Assembly: GCA_963832165.1 (NCBI GenBank)
Contig: CAWHTE010000001.1
Coordinates: forward strand, 64,001 to 128,000
Origin: an uncultured delta proteobacterium
GTDB lineage: Bacteria > Myxococcota_A > UBA9160 > SMWR01
Length of the DNA: 64,000 bases
Direction: 5' to 3'
The position numbers and the translations under genes were made by a program. The notes below the pieces were generated by a model. It was not told the origin of the DNA. It saw only the letters and a program-made list of their open reading frames with translations, and did no database searches. Below, one piece after another: positions 1 through 8,745 of the stretch. How positions within the stretch are numbered: the first letter of the stretch is position 1; each line of letters begins with the position of its first letter.

Positions 1-542
1 ACTACGCGCTTGCCGCGCATCGCGATCGGCGTCGCGGGATCGCGGTACTGCTGCGCGTGGATCCGCTCGCCCTCGAAGTCGCCGGGGATCTCGGGCATGC
101 GCGGGTACCAGTAGTTGCCCGAGCACGCCACGAGCGCGTCGTACTGTCGCTGCGCGATCTGACCATCGGGTCCGCGCACCTCGACGCGCCAGCCCGCAGG
201 CTCGAGAGGTCGCGCCGACACGACTTCGCTCTGGAGCCGGATGCGCTCGCGGAAGCCGAACGCGTCGACGTACGACTCGAACCACTCGCGCACGCGCGCG
301 TGGCCCGGGAAGTCGGGCCAGTCGGCCGGCATCTCGAAGTCCGAGAGCCGACTCATGCGCAGCGTGGTGTTGGTCTCGAGCGAGCGATAGGCGGCCGAGC
401 GGCCGTTGGGATTGTCGATCACCCAGTGGCCGCCGATCGCGGGCGACATCTCGAAGCAGTCGACCTCGAGCCCCACCGCGAGCAGGGTCTTCGTCGACAC
501 GAGCCCTGCCGGGCCCGCGCCGACCACGCACACGCGCTTCAT
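1..542 (-). CDS. Flavin-containing monooxygenase (FMO), N-terminal part; runs off the window edge
   Basis: Not in the ORF track; read manually as MKRVCVVGAGPAGL (GxGxxG) ... IGGHW ... FEGERIHAQQY (FMO fingerprint FxGxxxHxxxY). ATGA overlap with the GST stop. Confidence 0.9.
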   Translation of the reverse strand, partial: MKRVCVVGAGPAGLVSTKTLLAVGLEVDCFEMSPAIGGHWVIDNPNGRSAAYRSLETNTTLRMSRLSDFEMPADWPDFPGHARVREWFESYVDAFGFRERIRLQSEVVSARPLEPAGWRVEVRGPDGQIAQRQYDALVACSGNYWYPRMPEIPGDFEGERIHAQQYRDPATPIAMRGKRV

Positions 543-1111
543 CCGATCTGCGGCGCCTTGGGACGTGCGAGCAGGCGATCAGCGTAGGCCTCGATCTTCG
601 GCCGTCCCGACGAGATCTTCATCATGCGCTGCCAGACGAACATCGAGCCGATCATCACGTCGGCCGCCGTGAACCACTCGCCGAACAGATAGGGCCCGTC
701 TGCCAGCTCGCGCTCGACCACGTCCTTTGCCGTTTCGAGGCCGGTCCAGCCGCGCTGCGGCACGGTCTCGGCGCCGATCAGCACGTCGACCATCGCGGGC
801 TCGAGTTGCGACGTCGAATAGACCACCAGGGATAGATAGCGACCGCGCTCGGGAGCGCTGATCGCCGGCGCGAGCTTGGCATCGGGAAACCGGTCGGCGA
901 GGTAGAGGCAGATTGCGGTGTTCTCGAACAGCTGCGCGCTGCCGTCGACGAGCGCCGGGATCTTGCCCGAGGGATTGATCGCGAGGAACTCGGGCCGCTT
1001 GTGCTCCTGCTTGGCGAGATCGATCGGAACGATCTCGTAGTCCGCGCCGCACTCGTCGAGCATCCACTTCGCGATCACCGCGCGGCTCTGGGGATTGAAG
1101 TAGAGCTTCAT
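539..1111 (-). CDS. Glutathione S-transferase family protein
   Basis: INPSGKIPALVD ... LFENTAICLYL ... FTAADV motifs. Confidence 0.92.
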   Translation of the reverse strand: MKLYFNPQSRAVIAKWMLDECGADYEIVPIDLAKQEHKRPEFLAINPSGKIPALVDGSAQLFENTAICLYLADRFPDAKLAPAISAPERGRYLSLVVYSTSQLEPAMVDVLIGAETVPQRGWTGLETAKDVVERELADGPYLFGEWFTAADVMIGSMFVWQRMMKISSGRPKIEAYADRLLARPKAPQIG

Positions 1112-1118
1112 CGCCGGT

Positions 1119-1643
1119 TCATCGTCGGTTCTTTTCGAGATGCTTCCACGCCTTCGGCAGCGAGATGTCGCGGTTGGGCTTGGCCGGCGGCATGTTGAAC
1201 TGGGCCGGCGGCTTCCAGCCCATCTCCTTCATCGTCTGACCGATGTGGGTCATGTTCAGCATGTCGTGGCTGTAGCAGAACAGCCCATTGCCGGTGTAGT
1301 AGAGGATGGAGAGCCCGGCCACGAGGTAGGGCGTACCGTCGGGCCGCTCGCCGAGCACCTGGTCCCACTGCGACACGACGCGGGGCCCGTCGACCATGAT
1401 CCAGTTCTCGGGTGTCGACCAGCCGTGGCCCGTGAGCCCGGCCATGGACTTCTCGAAGAACTCGCGGATCTCCTCGCGTCCCTCGATGCGACCCCATGCG
1501 GGATCGATGTAGACGGCGTCCTCGGTGAAGAAGTCGGCGAGTGCCGACCAGGGTTTGTCGCCGAGGTCGATCTCGTCGCGCAGTGCGACGAAGCGCTCGT
1601 AGGTCTCGCGCGCCTCGCGCTCGATCGGGGTGGGTGTGGGCAT
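1119..1643 (-). CDS. SnoaL/NTF2-like domain protein
   Basis: LADFFTEDAVYIDPAWGRIEGREEIREFF pattern. Confidence 0.85.
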   Translation of the reverse strand: MPTPTPIEREARETYERFVALRDEIDLGDKPWSALADFFTEDAVYIDPAWGRIEGREEIREFFEKSMAGLTGHGWSTPENWIMVDGPRVVSQWDQVLGERPDGTPYLVAGLSILYYTGNGLFCYSHDMLNMTHIGQTMKEMGWKPPAQFNMPPAKPNRDISLPKAWKHLEKNRR

Positions 1644-1699
1644 GGGGGTGGCCTCCTCGCCCCGATGATGCGGAGACGATCGCGGCCTGTCCAGCCGAC

Positions 1700-2063
1700 C
1701 TACGGCTGGAGCTGCACCGGGTCGTAGAAAAATCGCTCTTCTGCGATCCGATCGCCGCGCCAGCGCTGGAGCGCGAGCTCTTCCAGCCGGATCGTCGCGC
1801 CGCTCGCGGTGCTGAACTCGAACAGCCAGCGGATCACGACCTGATCACCCGACACGAACACCGGCTGCACGCATCGCGCGCGCGTCTTCTCGAACGCCGC
1901 GAGCACCTTCCGCTCGTTCGCCACGAGCGCTTCACGGCCGACGCGCGGCGCCTGCCCGTTCTCCTGCATCGTCGCATCCTCGGCGTAGTAATCCTCGAGC
2001 CTCCACGAATTCGCCCGCCTCGACGCGCGTGATGAAACCCTCGATCCGTTCCGGATTCGGCAT
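1700..2063 (-). CDS. SnoaL/NTF2-like protein, frameshifted near 2000
   Basis: GGAGG RBS, then ATG at 2063 gives MPNPERIEGFITRVEAGEFVEA, which continues in another frame as EDYYAEDATMQEN ... IAEERFFYDP. Confidence 0.8.
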
Positions 2064-2174
2064 GTCGCACCTCCGAACCCGAGCCTACCCACGCCCCGCC
2101 GCCACGACAGGACCACTTTCCGCCCTTTCTCGGGAACCAATTACTCTTCCGCCAGATCGCCAAGGAGGAGCGCC

Positions 2175-3374
2175 ATGACCGATGTCCTCGCGGGAGTGCG
2201 CGTGCTCGAGGTCGCCGAGCAGGGCTTCGTGCCGTCGGGTGCGGCCGTGCTCGCCGACTGGGGCGCCGACGTGGTGAAGGTCGAGCGGCCCGAGGGCGAC
2301 GGACTGCGCGCGGTGATGAAGCAGGGTCTCGTCACGCAGACGGGCGACTTCGATTTCCTCTCCGAGCAGGTGAACCGCAACAAGCGCAACGTGTGTCTGG
2401 ATCTCAAGCGCGCCGAGAGCCGTCCCGTGCTCGAGCGGCTCGTGGCCTGGGCCGATGTGTTCATCACGAACCAGCTGCCGCAGGTGCGCCGCAAGCTCCG
2501 CATCGAGCCCGCTGATCTGTTCGCGATCAATCCGCGCCTGATCTACGCGCGCGGACACGGCCAGGGCACGAAGGGCGCCGACGCCGAGGCCGGCGGCTAC
2601 GACGCGGTGTCGTTCTGGTCGCGCGCGGGCGTCGGGCACATGCTCTCGGTCGCGGGCGTGGTGATGCAGCGGCCCGCGCAGGGCGACATCCCCTCCGGCA
2701 TGTTCCTCGCGGGCGGGATCGCGGCCGCGCTCTACGCGCGCGAGCGCGACGGGCGCGGCCGCACCGTGGACGTCGCGCTGCTCGCGGGCGGGATCTGGAC
2801 GCTCGCGCCCGATCTCGTCGCGGCGTCGGTGCTAGGCGGCGATCCGCCGAAGGCCGCCGCGCGCCCGCCGACGAGCATGGCGCTCGTGGGCACCTACCTC
2901 ACTTCCGACGGCCGCGTGCTCCAGCTCAGCATGCTCGCGACGGACAAGTACTGGAAGACCGCGTGCGAGGCGCTCGAGGCGCCGGAGTTCGCGGACGACC
3001 CGGCGCTCGCCACCGACGCGGGCCGCGCACCGCGCATGCAGGAGATCCGCGAGCGCTTCACGCGCGCGATCGCGGCTCGGCCGCTCGACGACTGGATGAA
3101 GAGGCTGCGCGCCGCGGGCTGCATCTTCTCGTCGTTCGCGACGCCGACCGAGGTGCAGAGCGATCCACAGGTGGTCGCGAACGGCTACCTGCCGCGCCAC
3201 CCGACGCATCCGACCGCGCGGCTCGCCGCGAGCCCGGTGCAGTTCGACGAGACGCCGATCGCGATCCGCCGCCGCGCGCCCGACAAGGGCGAGCACACCG
3301 ACGAGGTGCTCGAGTCGATCGGCATCGACGCGCGCGCGCGAGCGGTGCTGCGCGCGGCGGGGGCGATCGCCTGA
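2175..3374 (+). CDS. CoA transferase family III (CaiB/BaiF)
   Basis: LAGVRVLE ... LADWGADVVKVERPEGD ... NRNKRNVCLDLK ... GEHTDEVL. Confidence 0.93.
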   Translation: MTDVLAGVRVLEVAEQGFVPSGAAVLADWGADVVKVERPEGDGLRAVMKQGLVTQTGDFDFLSEQVNRNKRNVCLDLKRAESRPVLERLVAWADVFITNQLPQVRRKLRIEPADLFAINPRLIYARGHGQGTKGADAEAGGYDAVSFWSRAGVGHMLSVAGVVMQRPAQGDIPSGMFLAGGIAAALYARERDGRGRTVDVALLAGGIWTLAPDLVAASVLGGDPPKAAARPPTSMALVGTYLTSDGRVLQLSMLATDKYWKTACEALEAPEFADDPALATDAGRAPRMQEIRERFTRAIAARPLDDWMKRLRAAGCIFSSFATPTEVQSDPQVVANGYLPRHPTHPTARLAASPVQFDETPIAIRRRAPDKGEHTDEVLESIGIDARARAVLRAAGAIA

Positions 3375-3378
3375 CGGC

Positions 3379-3690
3379 CTATCGTCGCTTCTTCAGCTGC
3401 CCGCGCATGCGCTGAATCTCCCGACCTTTGTCTGCGAGGAAACGGTCGAGGGCATCGGCGAGGTAGGGTTCGAGGTCCTTGTCGCTCGCCCCGAGGTTGC
3501 TGACCACCTGGTCGTAGAGGCCGCGGACCCGGCTGCTCAGGGATACCGTGATGTGCGACTCGCTGAAGTGGTCGTCGAGCAGATCCCGAACGAGTCCGGA
3601 GAGATTCAATCCCAGTTTGCCGACCTTCGCGTGCTGCTCCGCGGTGATCAGCACGTTCACGCGCTTGAAGTCGTCTTGCATTGCGCTCAT
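3379..3690 (-). CDS. Small hypothetical protein, probable tandem ribbon-helix-helix DNA-binding protein
   Basis: Likely start MSAMQDDF (ATGA overlap with the upstream gene). Two strand-helix-helix patterns: KRVNVLI..LNLSGLVRDLLD and HITVSLS..LEPYLADALDRFL. Confidence 0.55.
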   Translation of the reverse strand: MSAMQDDFKRVNVLITAEQHAKVGKLGLNLSGLVRDLLDDHFSESHITVSLSSRVRGLYDQVVSNLGASDKDLEPYLADALDRFLADKGREIQRMRGQLKKRR

Positions 3691-3926
3691 CGCTCTTCCT
3701 CGTATACGTCGATCCGCAGCACCAGCGGCCGCGTCGCGAGACGAGCCACGCCCCCGATCAACAAAACGAGGCCCACCACGAACCCAACCCCGAGCGCGGC
3801 TAGCGCACCCTTCGCCCCGAACAGAAACGTGGCGCCGAGCCCGACCAGCAAGAACACCCATCCGGCGAGGGCCACCCAACCCAAGAAGATCACGCCGACC
3901 GCGACGATCCTGAGAAATACACTCAC
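3687..3926 (-). CDS. Small membrane protein (2-3 TM)
   Basis: GAGGAG RBS, GTG start at 3926, 79 strongly hydrophobic residues. Confidence 0.65.
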   Translation of the reverse strand: MSVFLRIVAVGVIFLGWVALAGWVFLLVGLGATFLFGAKGALAALGVGFVVGLVLLIGGVARLATRPLVLRIDVYEEER

Positions 3927-3975
3927 GCCAGCATCTCCTCGTCGAACTCTGGGGCTATCCCGTCGAGTTTGCAGG

Positions 3976-4014
3976 TGTGTATAAGTCGTAATAATATACA
4001 CATCGATACACATC
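3976..4014. promoter_or_regulatory. AT-rich divergent promoter region with an operator-like inverted repeat
   Basis: TGTGTATA-N11-TATACACA (3976-4002) plus the direct repeat ATACACATC twice (3996, 4006), between divergent genes. Confidence 0.6.
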
Positions 4015-4023
4015 CGCCACGGG

Positions 4024-4998
4024 ATGGGATGGAGGTTTCGAGCCATGAGTGCGGTGCTTGTGACTGTGTTCGCTCTCTCTGCGGTCATCGCGATTGCGGC
4101 CCTTTCTCTCTTTACTGTCGATCAGCAAACTGCCGCCATCGTGCAGCGATTCGGAAAGTTTTTGCGAGTTGCTGGCCCCGGGCTTCGATTCCGAGTGCCG
4201 CTGATCGATCGGGTGGCGAGTCGCGTGAGCCTGCGCGTGGACCAGCTCGACGTCGAAGTCGACACGAAGACGGAAGACAACGTCTTCGTCCAGGTGGTCG
4301 TGGCGGTTCAGTATCACGTGCTCCGGGACAAGATCTATTCGGCGTTCTACGAGCTCGCCGACCCCCACAGCCAGATCACGTCGTTCGTCTTCGATGTGGT
4401 CCGCGCCCGCGTTCCGCGCCTCAAGCTCGACGAGTTGTTCGAGCGCAAGGACGAGATCGCCGACGTGGTGAAGAACGAACTCTCGCTCACGATGGACAGC
4501 TTCGGCTACGGGATCGTCAAGGCGCTCGTCACGGACATCAACCCCGACGAGCGGGTCAAGGCCGCAATGAACGAGATCAACGCCGCGCAGCGCATCCGTG
4601 TCGCGGCGAGCGAGCGGGGAGAGGCCGACCGGATCCTCAAGGTGAAGGCGGCTGAGGCCGAGGCACAGAGCAAGGCGCTTCAGGGCAAGGGCATCGCCGA
4701 TCAGCGCCGCGAGATCATCAACGGATTGCGCGAGTCCGTGGACGAGTTCTCGCAGAGCGTGCCGGGCGCCACCGCTCACGACGTGATGGGTCTGATCCTG
4801 ATCACCCAATACTTCGACACGTTGAAGGAGATCGGCTCCGCGAATCACAGCAATACGATCCTGTTGCCCCACTCGCCCGGATTCATCTCGGACCTCGCGG
4901 GTCAGATCCGCACTGCGATCATCTCCGGGCAGGCTGTGGTCGACGCGGCGGCGAGATCCAACGGAGGTGGGGAGCTGCCGCCCGAAAGGAGTCTCTGA
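4024..4998 (+). CDS. SPFH/band 7 (stomatin/HIR-like) protein
   Basis: N-terminal TM, then QRFGKF ... TKTEDNVFV ... VRARVPRLKLDELFERKDEIA ... AMNEINAAQR. The start may be a later Met. Confidence 0.93.
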   Translation: MGWRFRAMSAVLVTVFALSAVIAIAALSLFTVDQQTAAIVQRFGKFLRVAGPGLRFRVPLIDRVASRVSLRVDQLDVEVDTKTEDNVFVQVVVAVQYHVLRDKIYSAFYELADPHSQITSFVFDVVRARVPRLKLDELFERKDEIADVVKNELSLTMDSFGYGIVKALVTDINPDERVKAAMNEINAAQRIRVAASERGEADRILKVKAAEAEAQSKALQGKGIADQRREIINGLRESVDEFSQSVPGATAHDVMGLILITQYFDTLKEIGSANHSNTILLPHSPGFISDLAGQIRTAIISGQAVVDAAARSNGGGELPPERSL

Positions 4999-5002
4999 GC
5001 GA

Positions 5003-5791
5003 CTACGAGGCGGTGCTTCGAAGCGCCTCGGCGGTCGCCTCGTCAGCGGGAAAGAACGCCTCGATCGCGAGCTCCGACACCGTGATGTCGAGCGGCGTGC
5101 CGAACACGGTCGTGGTGCTGAAGAACGAGAGCACGCCGCGTTCGGAGCGCAGCTGGAGCGGCACGACGACGCCGGCATAGTCCTCGACGGCGTCACCGGA
5201 TCCACCCAGAGCGGAATAGCCCTCGAGCTCGGCGAGCAGCTTCTCGAGCCCGTCAGCGCGCGTCGCAGCGACCTGGCGGCGCAGTCGCTCGAATACGTGG
5301 CTGCGCCACGCCGACAGGTTGACGATGCGCGGCGCGAGCCCCTCCGGATGCAGCGACAGGCGCAGGACGTTGATCGGCGGCGCGAGCAGCTGCGGACCGA
5401 TGCCTGCCAGCAGCGGACCCACCGAGTCGTTGGCGGCGACGAGGTTCCAGTGCCGGTCGACCGCGAGCGCGGGGTAGGGCTCGTGACCCTTCAGCACCAC
5501 TCGCACCGCGCGGTGTATGGCCTCGAGCGCGGGATCGTCGAGGCGATGCTCCGGGTAGACGGGCGCGAAGCCCGCGGCGAGCAGCAGCGCGTTGCGCTCG
5601 CGCAGCGGGATCTCGAGCCGGTCGGCCAGACGCAAGATCATCTCGCGGCTCGGCTGCGATCGCCCGGTCTCGACGAAGCTCAGGTGGCGCGTCGAGACAT
5701 CGGCTTCGAGTGCGAGCTCGAGCTGGCTCAACCGACGGCGCCTGCGCCATTCGCGCACGTACTCGCCGGCCACACCCGATCCCGTCGACAC
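5003..5791 (-). CDS. XRE-family HTH regulator with MmyB-like ligand-binding domain
   Basis: WRRRRRLSQLELALEADVSTRHLSFVETGRSQPS ... HEPYPALAVDRHWN ... IEAFFPAD. GTG start inferred. Confidence 0.92.
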   Translation of the reverse strand: MSTGSGVAGEYVREWRRRRRLSQLELALEADVSTRHLSFVETGRSQPSREMILRLADRLEIPLRERNALLLAAGFAPVYPEHRLDDPALEAIHRAVRVVLKGHEPYPALAVDRHWNLVAANDSVGPLLAGIGPQLLAPPINVLRLSLHPEGLAPRIVNLSAWRSHVFERLRRQVAATRADGLEKLLAELEGYSALGGSGDAVEDYAGVVVPLQLRSERGVLSFFSTTTVFGTPLDITVSELAIEAFFPADEATAEALRSTAS

Positions 5792-5823
5792 GATCCCAGC
5801 GTAGTCCAGCACTCGGAGCGCAG

Positions 5824-5844
5824 CGATTACCTGCGAGGTAATCG
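5824..5844. promoter_or_regulatory. Perfect palindromic operator candidate
   Basis: CGATTACCT-GCG-AGGTAATCG between the XRE regulator and its divergent neighbour. Confidence 0.7.
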
Positions 5845-5923
5845 ACCCCGCGCAAGCGGCTCGTATCGTCTCCTGCATCGACGCGCGGCGCGCCCGCCGC
5901 GGCGTCCAGGGAGGCACCTCATC

Positions 5924-6316
5924 ATGTCCACGATCCCGATGTCTTCGTTCCTGCGCGCAGTTCTCCTGACCGACGCCGTCGCATCCGCGGCCACGGGCCT
6001 GCTGCTCGGACTCGGCGGCCCGTTCCTGGATCACCTGCTCGGCCTGCCGAGCGCGTTCCTCGTGGCCGTCGGCCTTCCGCTCCTGCCCTTCGCGGCGGGG
6101 GTCGGGTGGGTCGCGACGCGCCGGGAGGTTCCGCGCAACGCGGTGCGCTTCGTGATGGCATCGAACGCGATCTGGGTGGCGGCGAGCATCGGCGTGCTCC
6201 TGTCGCGTGCGTTCGAGCCGACGCTCATCGGTGTCGGGTTCGTGCTCGTGCAGGCCGCCGCGGTGGCCGCGTTCGCAGAGTGTCAGCTCGTGGGGCTGCG
6301 CCGCGCGGTCGCCTGA
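5924..6316 (+). CDS. Small integral membrane protein (4 TM)
   Basis: GGAGG RBS, MSTIPMSSFLRAVLLTDAVASAATG, four hydrophobic segments. Confidence 0.8.
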   Translation: MSTIPMSSFLRAVLLTDAVASAATGLLLGLGGPFLDHLLGLPSAFLVAVGLPLLPFAAGVGWVATRREVPRNAVRFVMASNAIWVAASIGVLLSRAFEPTLIGVGFVLVQAAAVAAFAECQLVGLRRAVA

Positions 6317-6335
6317 CGAGGAGCGAGTCGCGAAA

Positions 6336-6368
6336 GGCGGGATCCGCCTTCGGCTCCTCCCGCCCTAC
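6336..6368 (-). repeat. GTAG-type REP element
   Basis: Minus strand GTAGGGCGGGAGGAGCCGAAGGCGGATCCCGCC; identical 33/33 to 49674-49706. Confidence 0.85.
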
Positions 6369-7600
6369 GCAGCGTCCAGCGGCAGGTGCTCGAGACGCCG
6401 CACGAAGATGCTGTGCGCGTGAATCGGCGGCTGGCCCGGGCGCAGCGCGATGCGCCGCGTCCGGGCCAGCAGCTCTTCCATCATCACGCGCGCCTCGAGC
6501 CGCGCGAGCGGCGCCCCGATGCAGAAGTGGGCACCGCGCCCGAAGCCCAGGTGCTGCTTGGAGTGGCGCCGGTCGAGCCGCAGCGCGTCGGGGTCTTCGA
6601 AGTGCGCGGGGTCGCGGTTGGCCGCGGCCCAGAGCAGCATCAGCCGGTCGCCGGACTCGAGCCGAACGCCGCCGAGCTCGCACGACCGCGTCACGACGCG
6701 GTAGTGGAACTTGAACGGCGACTCGAGCCGCACCACCTCCTCGACGTAGCGCGAGATGAGGCCCGGGTGGGTGCGCAGCTCGTCGGCGAGCGCCGGATCG
6801 ACCGCGAGCAGCCGCGCCGCCGAGCCGATCAACGCGGCGGTCGACTCGCCGCCCGCGCCGAACATCACGATCGAGATTCCGATCGCCTCGGAGAGCTCGA
6901 TCCGTCCCGCGTCCACACCGCGCGCGAGCGCGTGCAGGAGCGGCGTATCGGGAGCGGACTCGCCGTGCGACTTCGCCGCGCTGATGTGTCCCTCGAGGTA
7001 CTTCGCCATCCGGCCCGTCTCGGCGCCGAACTCGGCCATGCGCTGCGCGCTCACATCGCCCGCGAGCATGTCGCCGCCCATCATCGCCCAGCGCCGGAAG
7101 TGCGCGACGTCGCCGTCGGGCAATCCGAGCACGTGCGCGAGCGCGCGTGCGGGAACCGTCTCGGCGAGCGGCATGAAGTCGCCTCCACCCGCGGCGACCC
7201 AGGGCTCGAGCGCGGAGATTGCCCACGTGCGAATCGAGGATTCGAGCCCCGCGATCTGCTGCGCCGCGAGACGCGGCTGCGCGAGCGCGCGGTGCACCGC
7301 GTGAGCGGGCTCGTCGGCCGTCGCGATGACCTGGTTCGCGCCCGTTGTGGGGAGCTCGAGCGACGCGGGCTGTCCGTCGTCGCCGCGCACGAGCACGCCC
7401 GTGAGGTTCGCGGAGAAGTCCTGCTCGCGCGCGAGCGCCTCCTCGATCAGATCCCACGTCGCGACGAGGTGGACGCCCGTGTCGGCGACGCGCGTGATCG
7501 CGCCCTGCTCGCGCACGCGCTGGAAGAACGGGTGCGGATCCTCGATCACCGCGGGGTCGAGCAGCTCGGCCGGATCCGCGCAGCAGAGCGGAGCGCGCAG
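6365..7600 (-). CDS. Cytochrome P450 (start uncertain)
   Basis: GAGGEST I-helix, EVVR (ExxR), FGRGAHFCIG heme-Cys motif. No clear ATG just after the upstream GST stop. Confidence 0.92.
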   Translation of the reverse strand: MRAPLCCADPAELLDPAVIEDPHPFFQRVREQGAITRVADTGVHLVATWDLIEEALAREQDFSANLTGVLVRGDDGQPASLELPTTGANQVIATADEPAHAVHRALAQPRLAAQQIAGLESSIRTWAISALEPWVAAGGGDFMPLAETVPARALAHVLGLPDGDVAHFRRWAMMGGDMLAGDVSAQRMAEFGAETGRMAKYLEGHISAAKSHGESAPDTPLLHALARGVDAGRIELSEAIGISIVMFGAGGESTAALIGSAARLLAVDPALADELRTHPGLISRYVEEVVRLESPFKFHYRVVTRSCELGGVRLESGDRLMLLWAAANRDPAHFEDPDALRLDRRHSKQHLGFGRGAHFCIGAPLARLEARVMMEELLARTRRIALRPGQPPIHAHSIFVRRLEHLPLDAA

Positions 7601-7607
7601 GTCGGCG

Positions 7608-8234
7608 TCAGCCGCCGAACGCGTAGGCACCGCCGCGCTCGAGCGCCCGGCGATAGGCCGGCCGCGCCTGCACGCGCTCGAGAAAGCCCGCGAGCCTCGG
7701 GAACTTGTCGAACCCGAACAGCAGCCGTCCCGTCTGCACGGGGAAGGAGAGGTGAATGTCGGCGGCCGACAGCTCGCTGCCAAGGAAGAACGGCTTCGCG
7801 CCGAGCTCCGTCTCGAGGTGGCCGAAGTGATTCTCGAACTCGCCCATCACGCGCGGCTCGAGTGGCTTGCCGGCTTCGCCGAGCCGCGAGAGGTAGAGCT
7901 TCATCATCACGGGCAACATCGCGGAGCCCTCGGCGTAGTGCATGAGCTGGAGATAGTCCGGCCAGTCGGGCGAAGACTCGGCCGGTGCGAGTCGGCCCTT
8001 GCCGTGCCGGCGCACGATGTACTCGATGATGGCGCCCGATTCGATCACGATCCGCCCGTCGTCGCGGATCACGGGCGACTTCCCGAGCGGGTGGATGGCC
8101 TTCATCTCTTCGGGGGCGAGGTTCGTCTGTGGGTTGCGCTGGTACTTCACGAGCTCGTAAGGGAGCTCGAGCTCCTCGAGCAGCCACAGGACCTGTTGCG
8201 AACGCGAATTGTTGAGGTGATGGACTTCGAGCAT
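7608..8234 (-). CDS. Glutathione S-transferase family protein
   Basis: HHLNNSRSQQVLWLLEEL ... HPLGKSPVI ... ESGAIIEY. Confidence 0.93.
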   Translation of the reverse strand: MLEVHHLNNSRSQQVLWLLEELELPYELVKYQRNPQTNLAPEEMKAIHPLGKSPVIRDDGRIVIESGAIIEYIVRRHGKGRLAPAESSPDWPDYLQLMHYAEGSAMLPVMMKLYLSRLGEAGKPLEPRVMGEFENHFGHLETELGAKPFFLGSELSAADIHLSFPVQTGRLLFGFDKFPRLAGFLERVQARPAYRRALERGGAYAFGG

Positions 8235-8240
8235 CGACGT

Positions 8241-8723
8241 TCACTGACCCTCGAGCGCCGCGAGCGCTTCCGACACGTGGCGCGTCGCCTGCAGCTGCGA
8301 GTTGAACACGTGCCGCACGATTCCCTTCTTGTCGATCACGTACGTGACGCGCCCCGGCAGCAGACCGAACGTCGCGGGCACGCCGTACTTCTTGCGCACG
8401 TCGCCGCTCGCGTCAGAGAGCAGCGTAAACGGCAGCTTGTGGCGCTTGGCAAATTTGGCGTGCGACGACTCGGTGTCTGAGCTCACGCCGATCACCTCGG
8501 CGCCCGCGTCCTGGAAATCTTCGTAGCTGTCGCGGAAGCTGCACGCCTCCGCGGTGCAGCCGGGTGTGTCGTCCTTCGGATAGAAGTAGAGCACGATCGC
8601 CTTCTTGCCGCGGAAGTCCGCGAGGCGGATCCGCTTGCCCTCGGCGTCGGGCAGCTCGAAGTCGGGCGCCTTCTGGCCCACCTCGATCGACGATTTTCCG
8701 GAGAACAGATCGAAGAGCGCCAT
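8241..8723 (-). CDS. bcp: Peroxiredoxin, BCP/PrxQ type
   Basis: YFYPKDDTPGCTAEACSFRD motif; start MALFDLFSGK after GAGGA. Confidence 0.92.
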   Translation of the reverse strand: MALFDLFSGKSSIEVGQKAPDFELPDAEGKRIRLADFRGKKAIVLYFYPKDDTPGCTAEACSFRDSYEDFQDAGAEVIGVSSDTESSHAKFAKRHKLPFTLLSDASGDVRKKYGVPATFGLLPGRVTYVIDKKGIVRHVFNSQLQATRHVSEALAALEGQ

Positions 8724-8745
8724 TGTGGGGTCCTCCTCTGGCTCG

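Noticed and set aside
1..3374. FMO, GST, two SnoaL proteins and a CoA transferase as a special pathway
   Set aside because: Common paralog-rich families; no evidence of a coherent pathway, and the block is cut by the window edge.
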